Origin: Squalus acanthias
Taxonomy: Eukaryota
Direction of reading: 5' to 3'
Length of the DNA: 44,300 nt
Assembly: GCA_030390025.1 (NCBI GenBank)
Contig: JASTWF010000327.1
Span: 496,001 to 540,300, forward strand
Shown here: one piece after another, positions 22,693 through 34,844 of the stretch
Layout of the letters: each line of letters starts with the position of its first letter
Numbering within the stretch: position 1 is the stretch's first letter
Made by a program: the position numbers and the translations under genes
Notes under the pieces: model-generated
What the model was told of the DNA's origin: nothing
The model's input: the letters and a program-made list of their open reading frames with translations, nothing else
Database searches by the model: none

Positions 22693-23565
22693 CTAAATGT
22701 TTAAAATCCCAGTTGCGATATGTTAAAAGCTCAGACATTACTGCGATTGTAGGAGACTCCTCTGCTCACTGTTTTAAATTGTTTAGTTTCAATGGGTTGA
22801 AGCTTCCACTAAATGGACATCCAGTGGAACACCAGCCTGTTCACAGATGTCCCATTGATTTCGGCAGCAGAACTTTCAGAACTGAATTCTTAATTTTAAT
22901 ATTTTTTCCTTTGTTATAAATCACATCTGTTCTAATCGAACAAAACTGAATCCAATGTCACTGTTCAGGATATTTCTATTCATTTTGTTCCAACTGTCAA
23001 TATTCTTAAATAAACCCTTGTTGTGAGTTGAAACGAATCAATAAGTGACTTTGTTGATCTGGTTTTGCTGCCATGAACACTTCATGGAAACCAGTGAGGC
23101 GTTTATGTAAATAAACACAGAAATAGAAGTCCCAGATTAGAGTATTGAGCGACAGAAACACAATAAATGTTTCCCCATCAACACAGAACAGAAATAAAGA
23201 GAGAAATGCAAATGTCTCAACGGATTCCAGACAACAATTGTTTTTGGGACATTTCTCTAAGTTATAGGAGAATAAAGTAAAGATGATATCCATGTTCAGA
23301 ATGGGGAAAGATTCCCACAAGTCACCGTACATAGTGACATCACAAATGTGTGTGTGGAGATTTCCTGTATCCTCTCCCTCTCTGCCTCTCTCTCCTATTT
23401 CCACCTTCTGTCTTGCCTCTCAAGAATGGGTCATTGTCTTTACCCCAAAACAAGATGTCAACGTCGTATAAACGTTTTCCCTCAGCCCTATTCATAGGCC
23501 TTGAACCAATTGATTGGAGTGCGCAGAGGGAGCTTTAATCTGAAATGTGTCCTGTGCATTAAATG
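22693..23565. repeat. Low-copy duplicated module U2 (other copies ~25930-26240 partial, ~30385-31165 and ~42981-43858)
   Basis: Near-identical sequence in four places; the ORF-track peptide MISMFRMGKDSHKSPYIVTSQMC recurs at 23283, 25956, 30880 and 43573. Confidence 0.92.
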
Positions 23566-23993
23566 ACCTGGGAGTGTTTGATGGGACAGTGCAGAGAGAG
23601 CTTTACTCTGTATCAAACCCATGCTGCACCTGCCCTGGGAGTGTTTGATGGGACAGTGTAGAGGGAGCTTTACTCTGTATCTAACCCATGCTGTACCTGC
23701 CCGGGGAGTGTTTGATGGGACAGTGTAGAGGGAGCTTTACTCTGTATCTAACCCATGCTGTACCTGCCCGGGAGTGTTTGATGGGACAGTGCAGAGGGAG
23801 CTTTACTCTGTATCTAACCCGTGCTGTACCTGCCCGGGGAGTGTTTGATGGGACAGTGTAGAGGGAGCTTTACTCTGTATCTAACCCGTGCTGTACCTGC
23901 CCTGGGAGTGTTTGATGGGACAGTGTAGAGGGAGCTTTACTCTGTATCTAACCCGTGCTGTACCTGCCCTGGGAGTGTTTGACGGTACAGTGT
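23566..23993 (+). repeat. 67-bp satellite (GGGAGTGTTTGATGGGACAGTGTAGAGGGAGCTTTACTCTGTATCTAACCCGTGCTGTACCTGCCCT)
   Basis: About 6 tandem units. Confidence 0.96.
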
Positions 23994-24212
23994 GACTCCA
24001 CTACCCCAGCAACATGTTAGTATCAGTGTAAGTTCCTGTATATTGCATACAGTTTTACCACTTTGACTTCTTCTCGTCAGCAACACATAATCACCACGTG
24101 ACATCATCACCAAAACAATGCAACGTCATCAGTGTCACTTGGTTGCCAGAGCAACATCTGTGCGACCTCTGACCCTCTGCCACTCGGAGTGCCCGATGTG
24201 ACTTGATCAGAA

Positions 24213-24410
24213 TGGCCTGAAATCAGACCTGGTGGGCCGGGGACACAGAACAGGCGGTGTGGCATCGACCGCCCCTGATACGCCACCGCCCAATATTCCA
24301 CTCCATGGACTTCAATAGCACTGAATATTGGGCATGTCGGATACCGGGCGGAGAACGAGATTCCACCTCTTTTACATTCCTCCAACCCCCATGGCCAATT
24401 TCTTATCTCT
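24213..24410. mobile_element. Degenerate palindromic MITE-like element
   Basis: Inverted repeat gcccaatattc (24288-98) / gaatattgggc (24323-33) around ccatggacttcaatag, with outer ccgccc/gggcgg arms. The ends are uncertain. Confidence 0.45.
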
Positions 24411-24680
24411 AATGGAAGGAAAATCACAGGCTTGCGATAAACACTCTGCTCATTCCCTGTAGTGGTGAAATAAAAAATACATCTCCACGTTTAAAGGGTA
24501 AAGGCACTAAATATGGGGGAGTCAGCAGGCCCTGGTAGTATGTGTCCAAAAATACTGGAAGATGTTGGGATGAAACAGTGAAGGTAGTTGTCAAGAAATA
24601 GAAGATTGTGGAAATAGAAATAGTGTGGAATTCACTGGAGAGTAGCAAGAGTTTCATTCCTTTCCGAACGGGGGAATAAT

Positions 24681-25445
24681 GGCCCGAAAATTAGACCTAA
24701 TACGGGAGAGTACGCACTGTGTACTCTCGCGTATTAGGTCCCGAAGTGCCGGTTTCCTGCATGCACTGCGCATGCGCGGGAAACCGGCACTTCTGGTATT
24801 GCGAAGGGGGCGGTTCGTAAGTGAACCGCGTGCGCACTACAGGTTGCGCGCACGCAGCGCACTTAGTTTTTTTTCAGGTTTGAACGCGCAGGTAAGTGGT
24901 GAAGATTTTACACATAAAGAAAGCAGGCGTAAGACCCCCTTTTAACAAGCTAAGTAGTTAATTAAGTATTATTTTAAATTTTTTTCAACAGGTTTATCTT
25001 TTTTAGAGACTTTAAAGAAAGGTAAGTTTATTTTTATAACTTTTAAAAAGAATTTAAATTTTTTCAAAAATTTAAATTTTTGTTTAAAGTGGTTAATTTA
25101 TTTAACTATAGTTATTTTATTAATGTGATGGCTTTTTAAAAAAAATTAATTGAGGTTTAGCTGTTCTTTTGGGGGCTTGTTGTATTCATAGTTTTGACAG
25201 CTCTTCCTGTCAAAACTATGAATGAAAGATGGTGTGCTGCCATTGGCTCTAACTGGCCCACGTGATCCCAGAGGTCGCATCGCACTAACTGCGCCTCTTG
25301 GATACGCACACACTGCACGCCGGCACCAGGGAGAGGCCCAGGAACTGAAGTTCGTGTGGGCCAAAACCATAAAGGCAGGCGCGGAGTGCGATATCGCGGG
25401 GGATCCTTACCCCCGCGGCAGCCATCGAAGTCCAATTTCTGGGCC
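24681..25445. mobile_element. Non-autonomous TIR element (MITE-like, possibly PIF/Harbinger type) with multiple internal hairpins
   Basis: Terminal ggcccgaaaattagac / gtccaatttctgggcc (13/16 inverted match) and 3-bp flanks aat/att. The ends are CpG-rich and the centre AT-rich. Confidence 0.75.
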
Positions 25446-26240
25446 ATTAAGTCAGATAATTACAGATTCATTAACCTCATGTTAGGTACAGGTACAGTTT
25501 CATTTTTACCATCACTTGCACCAATAATCACACACTCGAGGTAATTATCAGCAGCTTCTGTGTGATGCTGATGTGGTCACTTGACAATAAACCACAGAGA
25601 GTGGTGGGTAGCTGCTCATTGTCCTCGGTGTGATTTCATTCCCTTCCCAAATGAATACTGCGGACAGACAGGCTCACCATGGTAACGGACTGGTCAGTGT
25701 GACTCTTTCTTAACAAGAGCACTCAGAGAATGTGTTATCAATAAACGTTAAAGATAATATCTGCAATTAGATGTTGAATAAAAGAAAAGAAAATGGAGAA
25801 CAATAACTGGTGAACATAATCTTTTTTTCTGGAATGCACTTGCAAACATTAACAAAAATGTGTTTGTACACACATCATACATATATAAAGCAAACACTTT
25901 GTGATCTTTTCAGTTGTTCCTCTTAACCTCTAAGTTATAGGAGAATGAAGTAAAGATGATATCCATGTTCAGAATGGGGAAAGATTCCCACAAGTCACCG
26001 TACATAGTGACATCACAAATGTGTGTGTGGAGATTTCCTGTATCCTCTCCCTCTCTGCCTCTCTCTCCTATTTCCAGCTTCTGTCTTGCCTTTCAAGAAT
26101 GGATCATTGTCTTTACCCCAAAACAAGATGTCAATTTCATACAAAAGTTTTCCCTCAGCCCTATTCATAGGCCTCGAACCAAATTCATTGGAGTGCACAG
26201 AGGGAGCTTTAATCTAAAATGTGACCTGTGCATTAAATGA

Positions 26241-29172
26241 CCTGGGAGCGTTTGATGGGACAGTGTTGAGGGAGCTTTACTCTGTATCTAACCCGTGCTG
26301 TACCTGCCCTGGGAGTGTTTGATGGGACAGTGTCGAGGGAACTACACTCTGTATCTAAGCTAGCATGCAGGGTCAGCAATCAATAAGTAAGGCAAATGGC
26401 ATGTTGGCCTTTTTTGCAAGGGCGTTGGAGTATAAGAGTAAAGAAGTCTTGCTACAATTGTACAGGGCCTTGGTGAGACAACACCTGGAGTACTGTGCAC
26501 AGCTTTGGTCTCCTTATCTAAGGAAGGATATATTTGCCTTGGAGGCGGTGCAATGAAGGTTCACTAGATTGATTCCTGGGATGAGAGGGCTGTCCTATGA
26601 TGAGAGATTGTGTAGAATGGGCCTATACTCTCTGGAGTTTAGAAGAATGAGAGGTGATCTCATTGAAACATACGAGATTCTGAAGGGGATTGACAGGGTA
26701 GATGCTGAGAGGTTGTTTCCCCTGGCTGGAGTGTCTAGAACTAGTGGGCATAGTCTCAGGATAAGGGGTAGGCCATTTAAGACTGAGATGAGGAGGAATT
26801 TCTTCACTCAGAGGGTTGTGAATCTTTGGAATTCTCTGCCCCAGAGGGCTGTGAATGCTGAGTCTTTGAGTATATTCAACACTGAGATAGATAGATTTTT
26901 GGACTCCAGAGGAATCAAGGGATATGGAGATCGGGCGGGAAAGTGGAGTTGAGGTCGATGATCAGCCATGATCTTATTGAATGGTGGCGCAGGCTCGAGG
27001 GGCCGTATGGCCTACTCCTGCTCTTATTTCTTATGTTCTTATGTTCTAACACGTGCTGTGCCTGACTGGTGAGTACTTGATGGGATAGTGTAGAGGGAGG
27101 TTTACTATGTATCAAACCCGTGCTGTTCCTCCACTGGGAGTACTTGAAGAGAGAGTATAGAGAGAGCTTCTCTCTGTATGTAAGCCGTGCTGTACCTGTC
27201 ATGGGAGTGTTTGATGGGACAGTGTAGAGGGAGCTTTACTCTGTATCTAAACCGTGCTGTACCTGCCCTGGGAGTGTTTGATGGGACAGTGTAGAGGGAG
27301 CTTTACTTTGTATCTAACCCGTGCTGTACCTGTCATGGGAGTGTTTGATGGAACAGTGTAGAGGGAGCTTTACTCTGTACCTAACCCGTGCTGCACCTGC
27401 CCCCGGAGTGTTTGATGGGGCAGTGTAGAGGGACATTTACTCGGTATCTAACCCGTGCTGTACCTACCCTGGGAGTGTTTGATGGGACAGTATAGAGGGA
27501 GATTTACTCTGTATCCAACCCATTCTGTACCTGGACTGGGAGACTTTGCTGGGACAGTTTAGTGGGAGATTTACACTGTATCTAAACCATGCTGTCCCTG
27601 CACTGGGTGTGTGATTTGGGACAGTGTAAGGAGAGCTTTACTCTGTAGCTAACCCGTGCTTTCCCTGCCCTGGGAGTGTTTGATGGGACAGTGTAGAGGG
27701 AGCTTTACGCTCTAGCTAATCTGTGCTGTCCCTGCCCTGGGACTGTTTGATGGGAAAGTGTAGAGTGAGCTTTACTCTGTATCTACCCCGTGCTGTACCT
27801 GCCCTGGGAGTGTTTGATGGGACAGTGTAGAGGGAGATTTACACTGTATCTAACCCATGCTGTCCCTGCCCTGGGTGTGTGATTTGTGACAGTGTAGAAG
27901 GAGCTTTACTCTGTAGCTAACCCGTGCTGTCCCTGCCCTGGGAGTGTTTGTTGGGACAGTGTAGAGGGAACTTTACTTTGTATCTAATCTGTGCTGCAGC
28001 TGCCTGGGAGTGTTTGGTGGGAAATTGTAGAGGGAGCTTTACTCTGCATCTAACCCGTGCTGTATCTGCCCTGGGAGTGTTTGATGGGACAGTGTAGAGG
28101 GAGCTTTACTCTGTATCAAACCCATGCTGTATCTGCACAGGGAGACTTTGCTGGGACAATGTAATGGGATCTTTACTCTGTATCTAACATTTACTGTACC
28201 TGCCCTTGGAGTATTTGATGGGGCAGTGTAGAGGGAGCTTTTATCTGTATCTAACCTGCACTGCATCTGCCCTGGGAGTGTTTGATGGAGCAGTGTCGAG
28301 GTAGATTTACATTGTATCAAACCTATGCTGTACCTGCCCTTGGTGTGTGATTCGGGACAGTGTGGAAGGAGCTTTACTCAGTCACTAACCCGCGCTGTCC
28401 CTGCCCTGGGAGTGTTTGATGGGACACATGTAGAGGGTGATTTACTTTTTATCTAATCCTTGCTGTACCTGCCAGGGAGTGTTTGATGGGAAAGTGTAGA
28501 TAAATATTTACTCTGTATCTAAACCGTGCTATACCTGTCCTGGGAGTGTTTGATGGGGCAGTGTAGAGGGAGCGTTACTCTGTATCTAACCCGTGCTATA
28601 CCTGTCCTGGGTGTGTTTGATGGGGCACTGTAGAGGGAGATTTACACTGTATCTAAGCCATGCTGTCCCTGTAATGGGTGTGCGATTGGGGACATTGTAG
28701 AGGGAGCTTTACTTTTTAGCTAACCCGTGCTGTACCTGCCCTCGGAGTGTTTGATGGGACAGTGTAGAATGTGCTTTACTTTGTATCTTACAGGTGCTGT
28801 ACCTGCCCTGGGAGTGTTTGATGGGATAGTGCAGAGGGAGCTTTACTTTGTATCTGACCCTTGCAGTACCTGCCCTGGGAGTGTTTGATGGGACAGTGTA
28901 GATGGAGCTTTACTCTATATCTAACCCGTGCTGTGCCTGCCCTGGCAGTGTTTTTTTGGGACAGTGTAGAGGGAGCTTTATTGTGTATCTAATCTGTACT
29001 TTACCTGCCCTGGGAGTGTTTGATGCTACATTGTAGAGGGAGGTTTACTCTGTAGAAAACCCATGTTGTCCCTGCACTGAGTGTGTGTGATGGGACAGTG
29101 TAGAGAGAGTTTTATTCTATATCTAATCCGTGCTGGGAATGCACTGGGAGTGTTGGATGGGAGAGTGTCGAG
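26241..29172 (+). repeat. 67-bp satellite array, interrupted by a CR1 fragment
   Basis: Tandem 67-mers at 26241-26358 and ~27045-29172. Confidence 0.95.
26359..27044 (+). mobile_element. CR1 3' fragment inserted in the 67-bp satellite
   Basis: ORFs 26365..26556 and 26569..26952 encode the RT C-terminus with an internal stop. Tail cttatgttcttatgtt. tctaa occurs at both junctions. Confidence 0.92.
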
Positions 29173-29187
29173 GGACTTGTTGTGCCG

Positions 29188-30124
29188 AATGGCCTCTTTC
29201 TGTGCCGTTATGTCTGTATGACTCTATGGGGGAAAAATTCAGTTGGTTGCGCCTCCCGTTAGCGCCTTAAGAGGGCGCTAATGGGGCGCAAAGCAGCTTG
29301 CGCCCGGACGCAGCGATGTTTGCGCCGCTCGCGAACTTAACTAGACATTTTGCGGCGGCGCTAAACACTACCGCCACGATCTCCTGCGCCGGCAGATCGT
29401 GACGTCAGTCGAGTGCGCAACGCCCCGGTAACGCCCCAGAGCGGAAATTGAGTGGCGCCCCCTGCCTTACCGCCTGACGCTAGCAACGACAGGTTGAGGG
29501 GAGCGTTTTGCAGTCATGAAGGGAAAGGGGGAGCGCTATTTAAAGGTGACCGCTTCCTGCCTTTTATTCTTGTTGCCATTTTTGAACTACGCATTCTGAG
29601 AGAGAGAGAGAGAGAGACTTCTGGAGAGATTCAACGTTGTGTGAAGGAGTTTTGGGTACTGAGCAGCACTTTGCAGGTTCATTTTGATCTGCCATTCCTT
29701 GTATCGATTTAGAAGAGTCTGTGGGGGCTGCACTCTGAGCTCTTTGCCTGGTACTCTCCATTGTTCTTTCCAGCAGATTTGATGTGCAGGTCTCTCCAGG
29801 CCGAGATTCAAGGCTGCAATGAGCAGGATGTGGATGGAAAGCAAGATTAACCATCCCCTTTAAGAACTGGCCCGGGCCATTGTGTGTGTGTTCCATTGCT
29901 GACTGACATCACATGAGCTTCGCCAGCGCTCTGAAAGGTAGCGCCTCGCTCCTCGGCCTTTGCGCCTTAAGACAGGTGTGAAGCGCCTGATTTAGCGCTC
30001 CAATCACCTCCAGGGGCGTTAAAAGTGAAGTTTCCAGTCAGTGGCGATAATTAGCGCCAGGCGCTAATTTTTGCGCCCGGACGATATTTGCGCCCCAAAT
30101 GGGGCGCGACTGAATTTTTCCCCC
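29188..30124. mobile_element. Non-autonomous TIR element (MITE-like, possibly PIF/Harbinger type)
   Basis: Perfect 16-bp TIR gggggaaaaattcagt / actgaatttttccccc with flanks tat/ttt. It sits in a CR1-like (atgactct)n tail and has subterminal GGCGC hairpins. Confidence 0.85.
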
Positions 30125-30138
30125 TTTGACTCTGTAAC

Positions 30139-30372
30139 AGCAGGGGAGTTCGCCCTGGTATGTTGATGAATATTTATCCCTCAACCAAATCACTGAACAC
30201 AGATATTTTGGTCAATATCGCCTTGCTGTTTGTGGGAGCTTGCTGTGCGCAATTTGGCTGCAGCATTTCCTACTTTACAACAGTGACTATATTTCCAAAG
30301 TCCTTCATTGTCTGTAAAGCTCTTTGGGACGTCCTGAGGCAGTGAAAGGCGCTATATAAATGCAAGATCTTT
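30139..30372 (+). mobile_element. 3' half of the DeuSINE-like SINE (part of a duplicated block)
   Basis: Homologous to 22467-22692. Confidence 0.75.
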
Positions 30373-31165
30373 CTAATTACAACATTTTAATGGGTTGAAG
30401 CTTCCGCTAAATGGACATCCAGTGGATCACCAGCCTGTTCACAGATGTCCCATTGATTTCGGCAGCAGAACTTTCAGAACTGAATTCTTAATTTTAATAT
30501 TTTTTCCTCTGTTATAAATCACATCTGTTTTAATTGAACAAAACTGAAGCCAACGTCACTGTTCGAGATATTTCTATTTATTTTGTACCAACTGTCAATA
30601 TTCTTAAAATAAACCCTTGTTGTGAGTTGAAACGAATCAATAAGTGACTTTGTTGATCTGGTTTTGTTGCCATGAACACTTCATGGAAACCAGTGAGACG
30701 TTTATGTAAATAAACACAGAAATAGAAGTCCCAGATTAGAGTATTGAGCGACAGAAACACAATAAATATTTCCCCACCAACACAGAACAGAAATAAAGAG
30801 AGAAATGCAAATGTCTCAACGATTCCAACAAAAATTGTTTTTGGGACATTTCTCTAAGTTATAGGAGAATAAAGTAAAGATGATATCCATGTTCAGAATG
30901 GGGAAAGATTCCCACAAGTCACCGTACATAGTGACATCACAAATGTGTATGTGGAGATTTGCTGTATCCTCTCCCTCTCTGCCTCTCTCTCCTAATTCCA
31001 CCTTCTGTCTTGCCTCTCAAGAATGGATCATTGTCTTTACTCAAAAACAAGATGTCAATGTCGTACAAAAGATTTCCCTCAGCCCTATTCATAGACCTCG
31101 AACCAACTTGATTGGAGCGCACAGAGGGAGCTTTAATATAAAATGTAACCTATACATTAGATAAA

Positions 31166-32516
31166 CTGGGAATGTTTGATGGGACAGTGTAGAGGAAGCT
31201 TTACTCTGTATCTATCCCGTGCTATACCTGCCCTGGGAGTGTTTGATGCGACAATTTAGAGAGAACTTTACTCTGTATCTATGCTGTTCTGTATCGGCCC
31301 CGGGTGTGTTTGATGGGACAGCGTAGAGTGAGCTTTATGCTGTACCTAACCCGTGCTGTACCTGCCGTGCGAGTGTTTGATGGGACAGTGTAGAGGGAGA
31401 TTTACTCTGTATCTAAACCATGCAGTACCGTCCATGGGAGTGTTTGATGGGATAGTGTAAAGGAAGTTTTATTCTATATCCAACCCGTGCTGTCCCTGCC
31501 ATGGGAGTGTTTGATGGGACAGCGTAGAGTGAGCTTTATTCTGTACCGAACCCGTGCTGTGCCTGCCCTATGAGCGTTGCATGGGACAGTGTAGAGGGAG
31601 CTTTAATCTATTCATTACCCATGCAGTACCTGCCCTGAGAGTGGTTGATGTGACAGTGTCACGAGAGCTTTACTCTGTATCTAACCCGTGCTGTACCTGC
31701 CCTGAGAGTGTTTGATGGGACAGTGTAGAGCGAGCTTTACTCTGTATCTATACAGTGCTGTACCTGCCCTGGGAGTGTTTGATGGGACAGTGTAGAGGGA
31801 TTATTACTCTGGATCTAACCCGTGCTGTACATGCCCTGGGAGTGATTGATGGAATAGTGTAGAGTTAGCATTACTCTGTATCTAACCCATGCAGTACCTG
31901 ACCTTGGAATGTGGGTTGGGAAAGTGTAGATGGAGCTATATACTGTGGACAACCCGTGCTTTCCCTGCCTTGGGTCTGTTTGAATGGACATTGTAAAGGA
32001 AGCTTTACTCTGTATATAATTTGTGCTGTGCCTGTCCTGGGAGTGTTTGATGGGACAGTGTAGAGGGAGCTTTATTCTGTATCTAACCCGTGCTGTACCT
32101 GCCGTGCGAGTGTTTGATGGGACAGTGTAGAGGGAGCTTTACTCTGTATCTAACCAGTGCTGTCCCTGCCCTGGGAGTGTTTGATGGGACAGTGTAGTGG
32201 GAGCTTTATTCTGTATATAACCGATGCAGTACCTGCCCGAAGAGTGTTTGATGTGACAGTGTCGCGAGAGCTTTACTCTGTATCTAACCCGTGCTGTACC
32301 TGCCCTGAGAGTGTTTGATGGGACAGTGTAGAGCGAGCTTTACTCTGTATCTATACAGTGCTGAACCGTCCATCGGAGTGTTTGATGGGACAGTCTAGAG
32401 AGAGCTTTATTCTGCATCTAACCTGTGATGTGCCTGCCGTGGGAGTGTTTGATGGGACAGTGTAGAGGGAGCTTTATTCTGTATCTAATCCGTGATGTGC
32501 CTGCCGTGGGAGTGTT
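31166..32516 (+). repeat. 67-bp satellite array
   Basis: About 20 diverged tandem units. Confidence 0.95.
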
Positions 32517-33630
32517 TTTTTATAAAGCAATTTTAATTGTTTTTATGGGACGTGGGCATCGCTGGCACGGCCAGCATTTATTGCCCATCTCTAGTTGCCC
32601 TTGAGAAGGATGTGGTGAGCCGCCTTCTTGAACCGCTGCAGTCCATGTGGTGAAGGTTCTCCCACAGTGCTGTCAGGGAGGAAGTTCCAGGATTTTAACC
32701 GAGCGACGATGAAGGATCGGCGATATATTTCCAAGTCAGGATGGTGTGTGACTTGGAGGGGAACTTGCAACTGGCGGTGTTTCCATGCGCCTGCTGCCCT
32801 CGTCATTCTCGGTGGAAGAGGTGGCGGGTTTGGGAGGTGCTGCCGAAGAAGCCTTGGCGAGTTGCTGCAGTGCTTCTTGTAGATGGTACACACTGCAGCC
32901 ACGGTACGCCGGTGGTGGAGGGAGTGAATGATTAAGGTGGTAGATGGGGTGCCAATCAAGCGGACTGCTTTGTCCTGGATGGTGTCGAGCTTCTTGAGTC
33001 TTGTTGGAGCTGTACTCATTCAGGCATAGAGTCACAGAGCTATACAGCACAGAAAGAGGCCCTTCTGCCCATCGTGTCCGCGCCGGCCATCAAGCCGTAT
33101 CTAATCTAATCACATTTTCCAGCACTTGGTCCGTAGCCTTGTATGCTATGGCGTTTCAAGTGCTCATCTAAATGCTTCTTGAATGTTGTGCGGGTTCCTG
33201 CCTCTACCACCCTTTCAGGCAGTGAGTTCCAGATTCCAACCACCCTCAGGTGAAAAAGCTTTTCCTCAGATCCCCTCTAAACCTCCTGCCCCTTACCTTG
33301 AAACTATGCCCCCTGGTTATTGACCCCTCTACTAAGGGGAATAGTTCCTTTCTATCTACCCTATCTACGCCCCTCATAATTTTGTACACCTCAATCAGGT
33401 CCCCCCTCAGCATTCTCTGCTCTAAGGAAAACAACCCCAACCTGTCCAGTCTCTCTTCATAGCTGAAACGCTCCAGCCCAGGTAACATCCTGGTGAATCT
33501 CCTCTGCACCCTCTCCAATGCAATCAGATCCTTCCTATAGTGTGGCGACCAGAACTGCACACAATATTCCAGCTGTGGCCTAACTAGCGTTTTGTAGAGC
33601 TCCATCATAACCTCCCTGCTCTTATATTTT

Positions 33631-34534
33631 ATGAGAAGTCGCACAACACCAGGTTATAGTCCAACAGATTTATTTAAAATTACAAGCTTTCGGAGCTATC
33701 GATCGCCCCTTCTTCAGGTAAAGTTACTATGAGTGAATCTACAAAAGTTCACAGAATATAAACACAGAAAATGCAGAGATACAATCTTTCCTTACATCAA
33801 AGACACACCAAGAGCACAGCCAAGACAATGAGATGTGTCCCAGGGCGTCCAACGTGTCAAATCCTGCTGTCTGCATATCCTCTCCATATCCCTTCCTCTC
33901 TCTCCGTCCTTTTTGGGTTTGTTTTTTGTGTTTGTTTTTTTGTGTTTGTTTTTTAAAAACTGGAAAGACAGACAACGATGTCAAGTCACGTTCTATAGCG
34001 TGACATGAACCCGATATCCCTATTGAGGCCGTCCTCATGAGTGCGGAACTTGGCTATCAGTTTCTGCTCGATGATTTTGCGTTGTCGTGTGTCTCGAAGG
34101 CCGCCTTGGAGAATGCTAACCCGCAGATCCGAGGCTGAATGCCCTTGACTGCTGAAGTGTTCCCCGACTGGGAGGCAACCATCCTGCCTGGCGATTGTTG
34201 CGCGGTGTCCGTTCATACGTTGTCTCAGTGTCTGCATGGTCTCGCCGATGTACCATGCTCTGGGGCATCCTTTCCTGCAACGTATCAGGTAGACAACGTA
34301 GGCCGAGTCACATGAGTATGTACCATGTACCTGGTGGGTAGTGTCCTCACATGTGATGACGGTATCTGTGTTCATGATCTGGTATGTCTTGCAGAGGTTG
34401 CCGTGGCAGGGTTGTGTGGTGTCGTGGTCGCTGTTCTCTGACAGCTGGGTAATTTGCTGCGAACGATGGTACTTTTGAGGTTAGGCGGCTGCTTGAAGGC
34501 GAGTAGTGGAGGCGTGGGGATGGCCACATCATGA
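33631..34534 (-). mobile_element. Penelope-like element fragment encoding a GIY-YIG endonuclease
   Basis: ORF 33986..34375 has VVYLIRC...WYIGET...RMNGH...EQKLI...GLN. Target duplication cttatattttatg at 33621-33633 and 34535-34547 (atg shared with the element end). Confidence 0.92.
33680..33721 (-). ncRNA. Second minimal hammerhead-like motif (Penelope terminal region)
   Basis: The minus strand reads ttac-CTGAAGA-a-GGGGC gatcgata GCTCC-GAAA-GCTT-gtaa. Confidence 0.55.
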
Positions 34535-34561
34535 CTTATATTTTATGCCTCGGCTAATGAA

Positions 34562-34844
34562 GTCCAAAAATGTGTGGGTTAGGTTGATTTGGCTATGATA
34601 AATTGACCCTTAGTGTTAGGGGGGATTAAATATGTGGGGTTATGGGGATAGGATGGGATATGTTAGGGGGAATTAAATACGTGGGGTTACGGGGGTAGGG
34701 TGGGATATGTGTACTGTGGGGATTAAAGCAGGGACAGGGTACTGGATTTGGATGATCAGCCATGATCGTAATGAATGGCGGGGCAGGCTCGACGGGCCGA
34801 ATGGCCTACTCCTGCTCCTAGATTCTATGTTTCTATGTTTCTAT
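34562..34844 (+). mobile_element. 5'-truncated SINE with a V-domain-like body and CR1-derived tail (V-SINE/HE1-like)
   Basis: tccaaaaatgtgtgggttaggttgatttggctatgataaattgacccttag, followed by a CR1 3'-UTR tail ending (ctatgttt)n. The family name is from recall. Confidence 0.65.

Noticed and set aside
22812..22856. Imperfect hairpin (ggacatc...gatgtcc) as a pre-miRNA
   Set aside because: The stem is short and bulged, and substitutions in the paralogs disrupt rather than compensate pairing.
23006..23538. Recurrent U2 ORFs (MEIGERGREG..., MISMFRMGK..., MCGDFLYP...)
   Set aside because: They have no recognisable domain, and stops and frameshifts differ between copies. Recurrence reflects DNA duplication.
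24450..24470. Second CTCF-like motif (ccactacaggga on the minus strand)
   Set aside because: It has mismatches at key core positions and is too weak to call.
25650..25695. JH-like fragments (EYCGQ ... TMVT)
   Set aside because: The two parts are in different frames, there is no WGxG motif, and there is no RSS.
23566..32516. 67-bp, 47-bp and 27-bp arrays as CRISPR-like arrays
   Set aside because: The units are head-to-tail with no unique spacers, there are no cas genes, and the context is eukaryotic.
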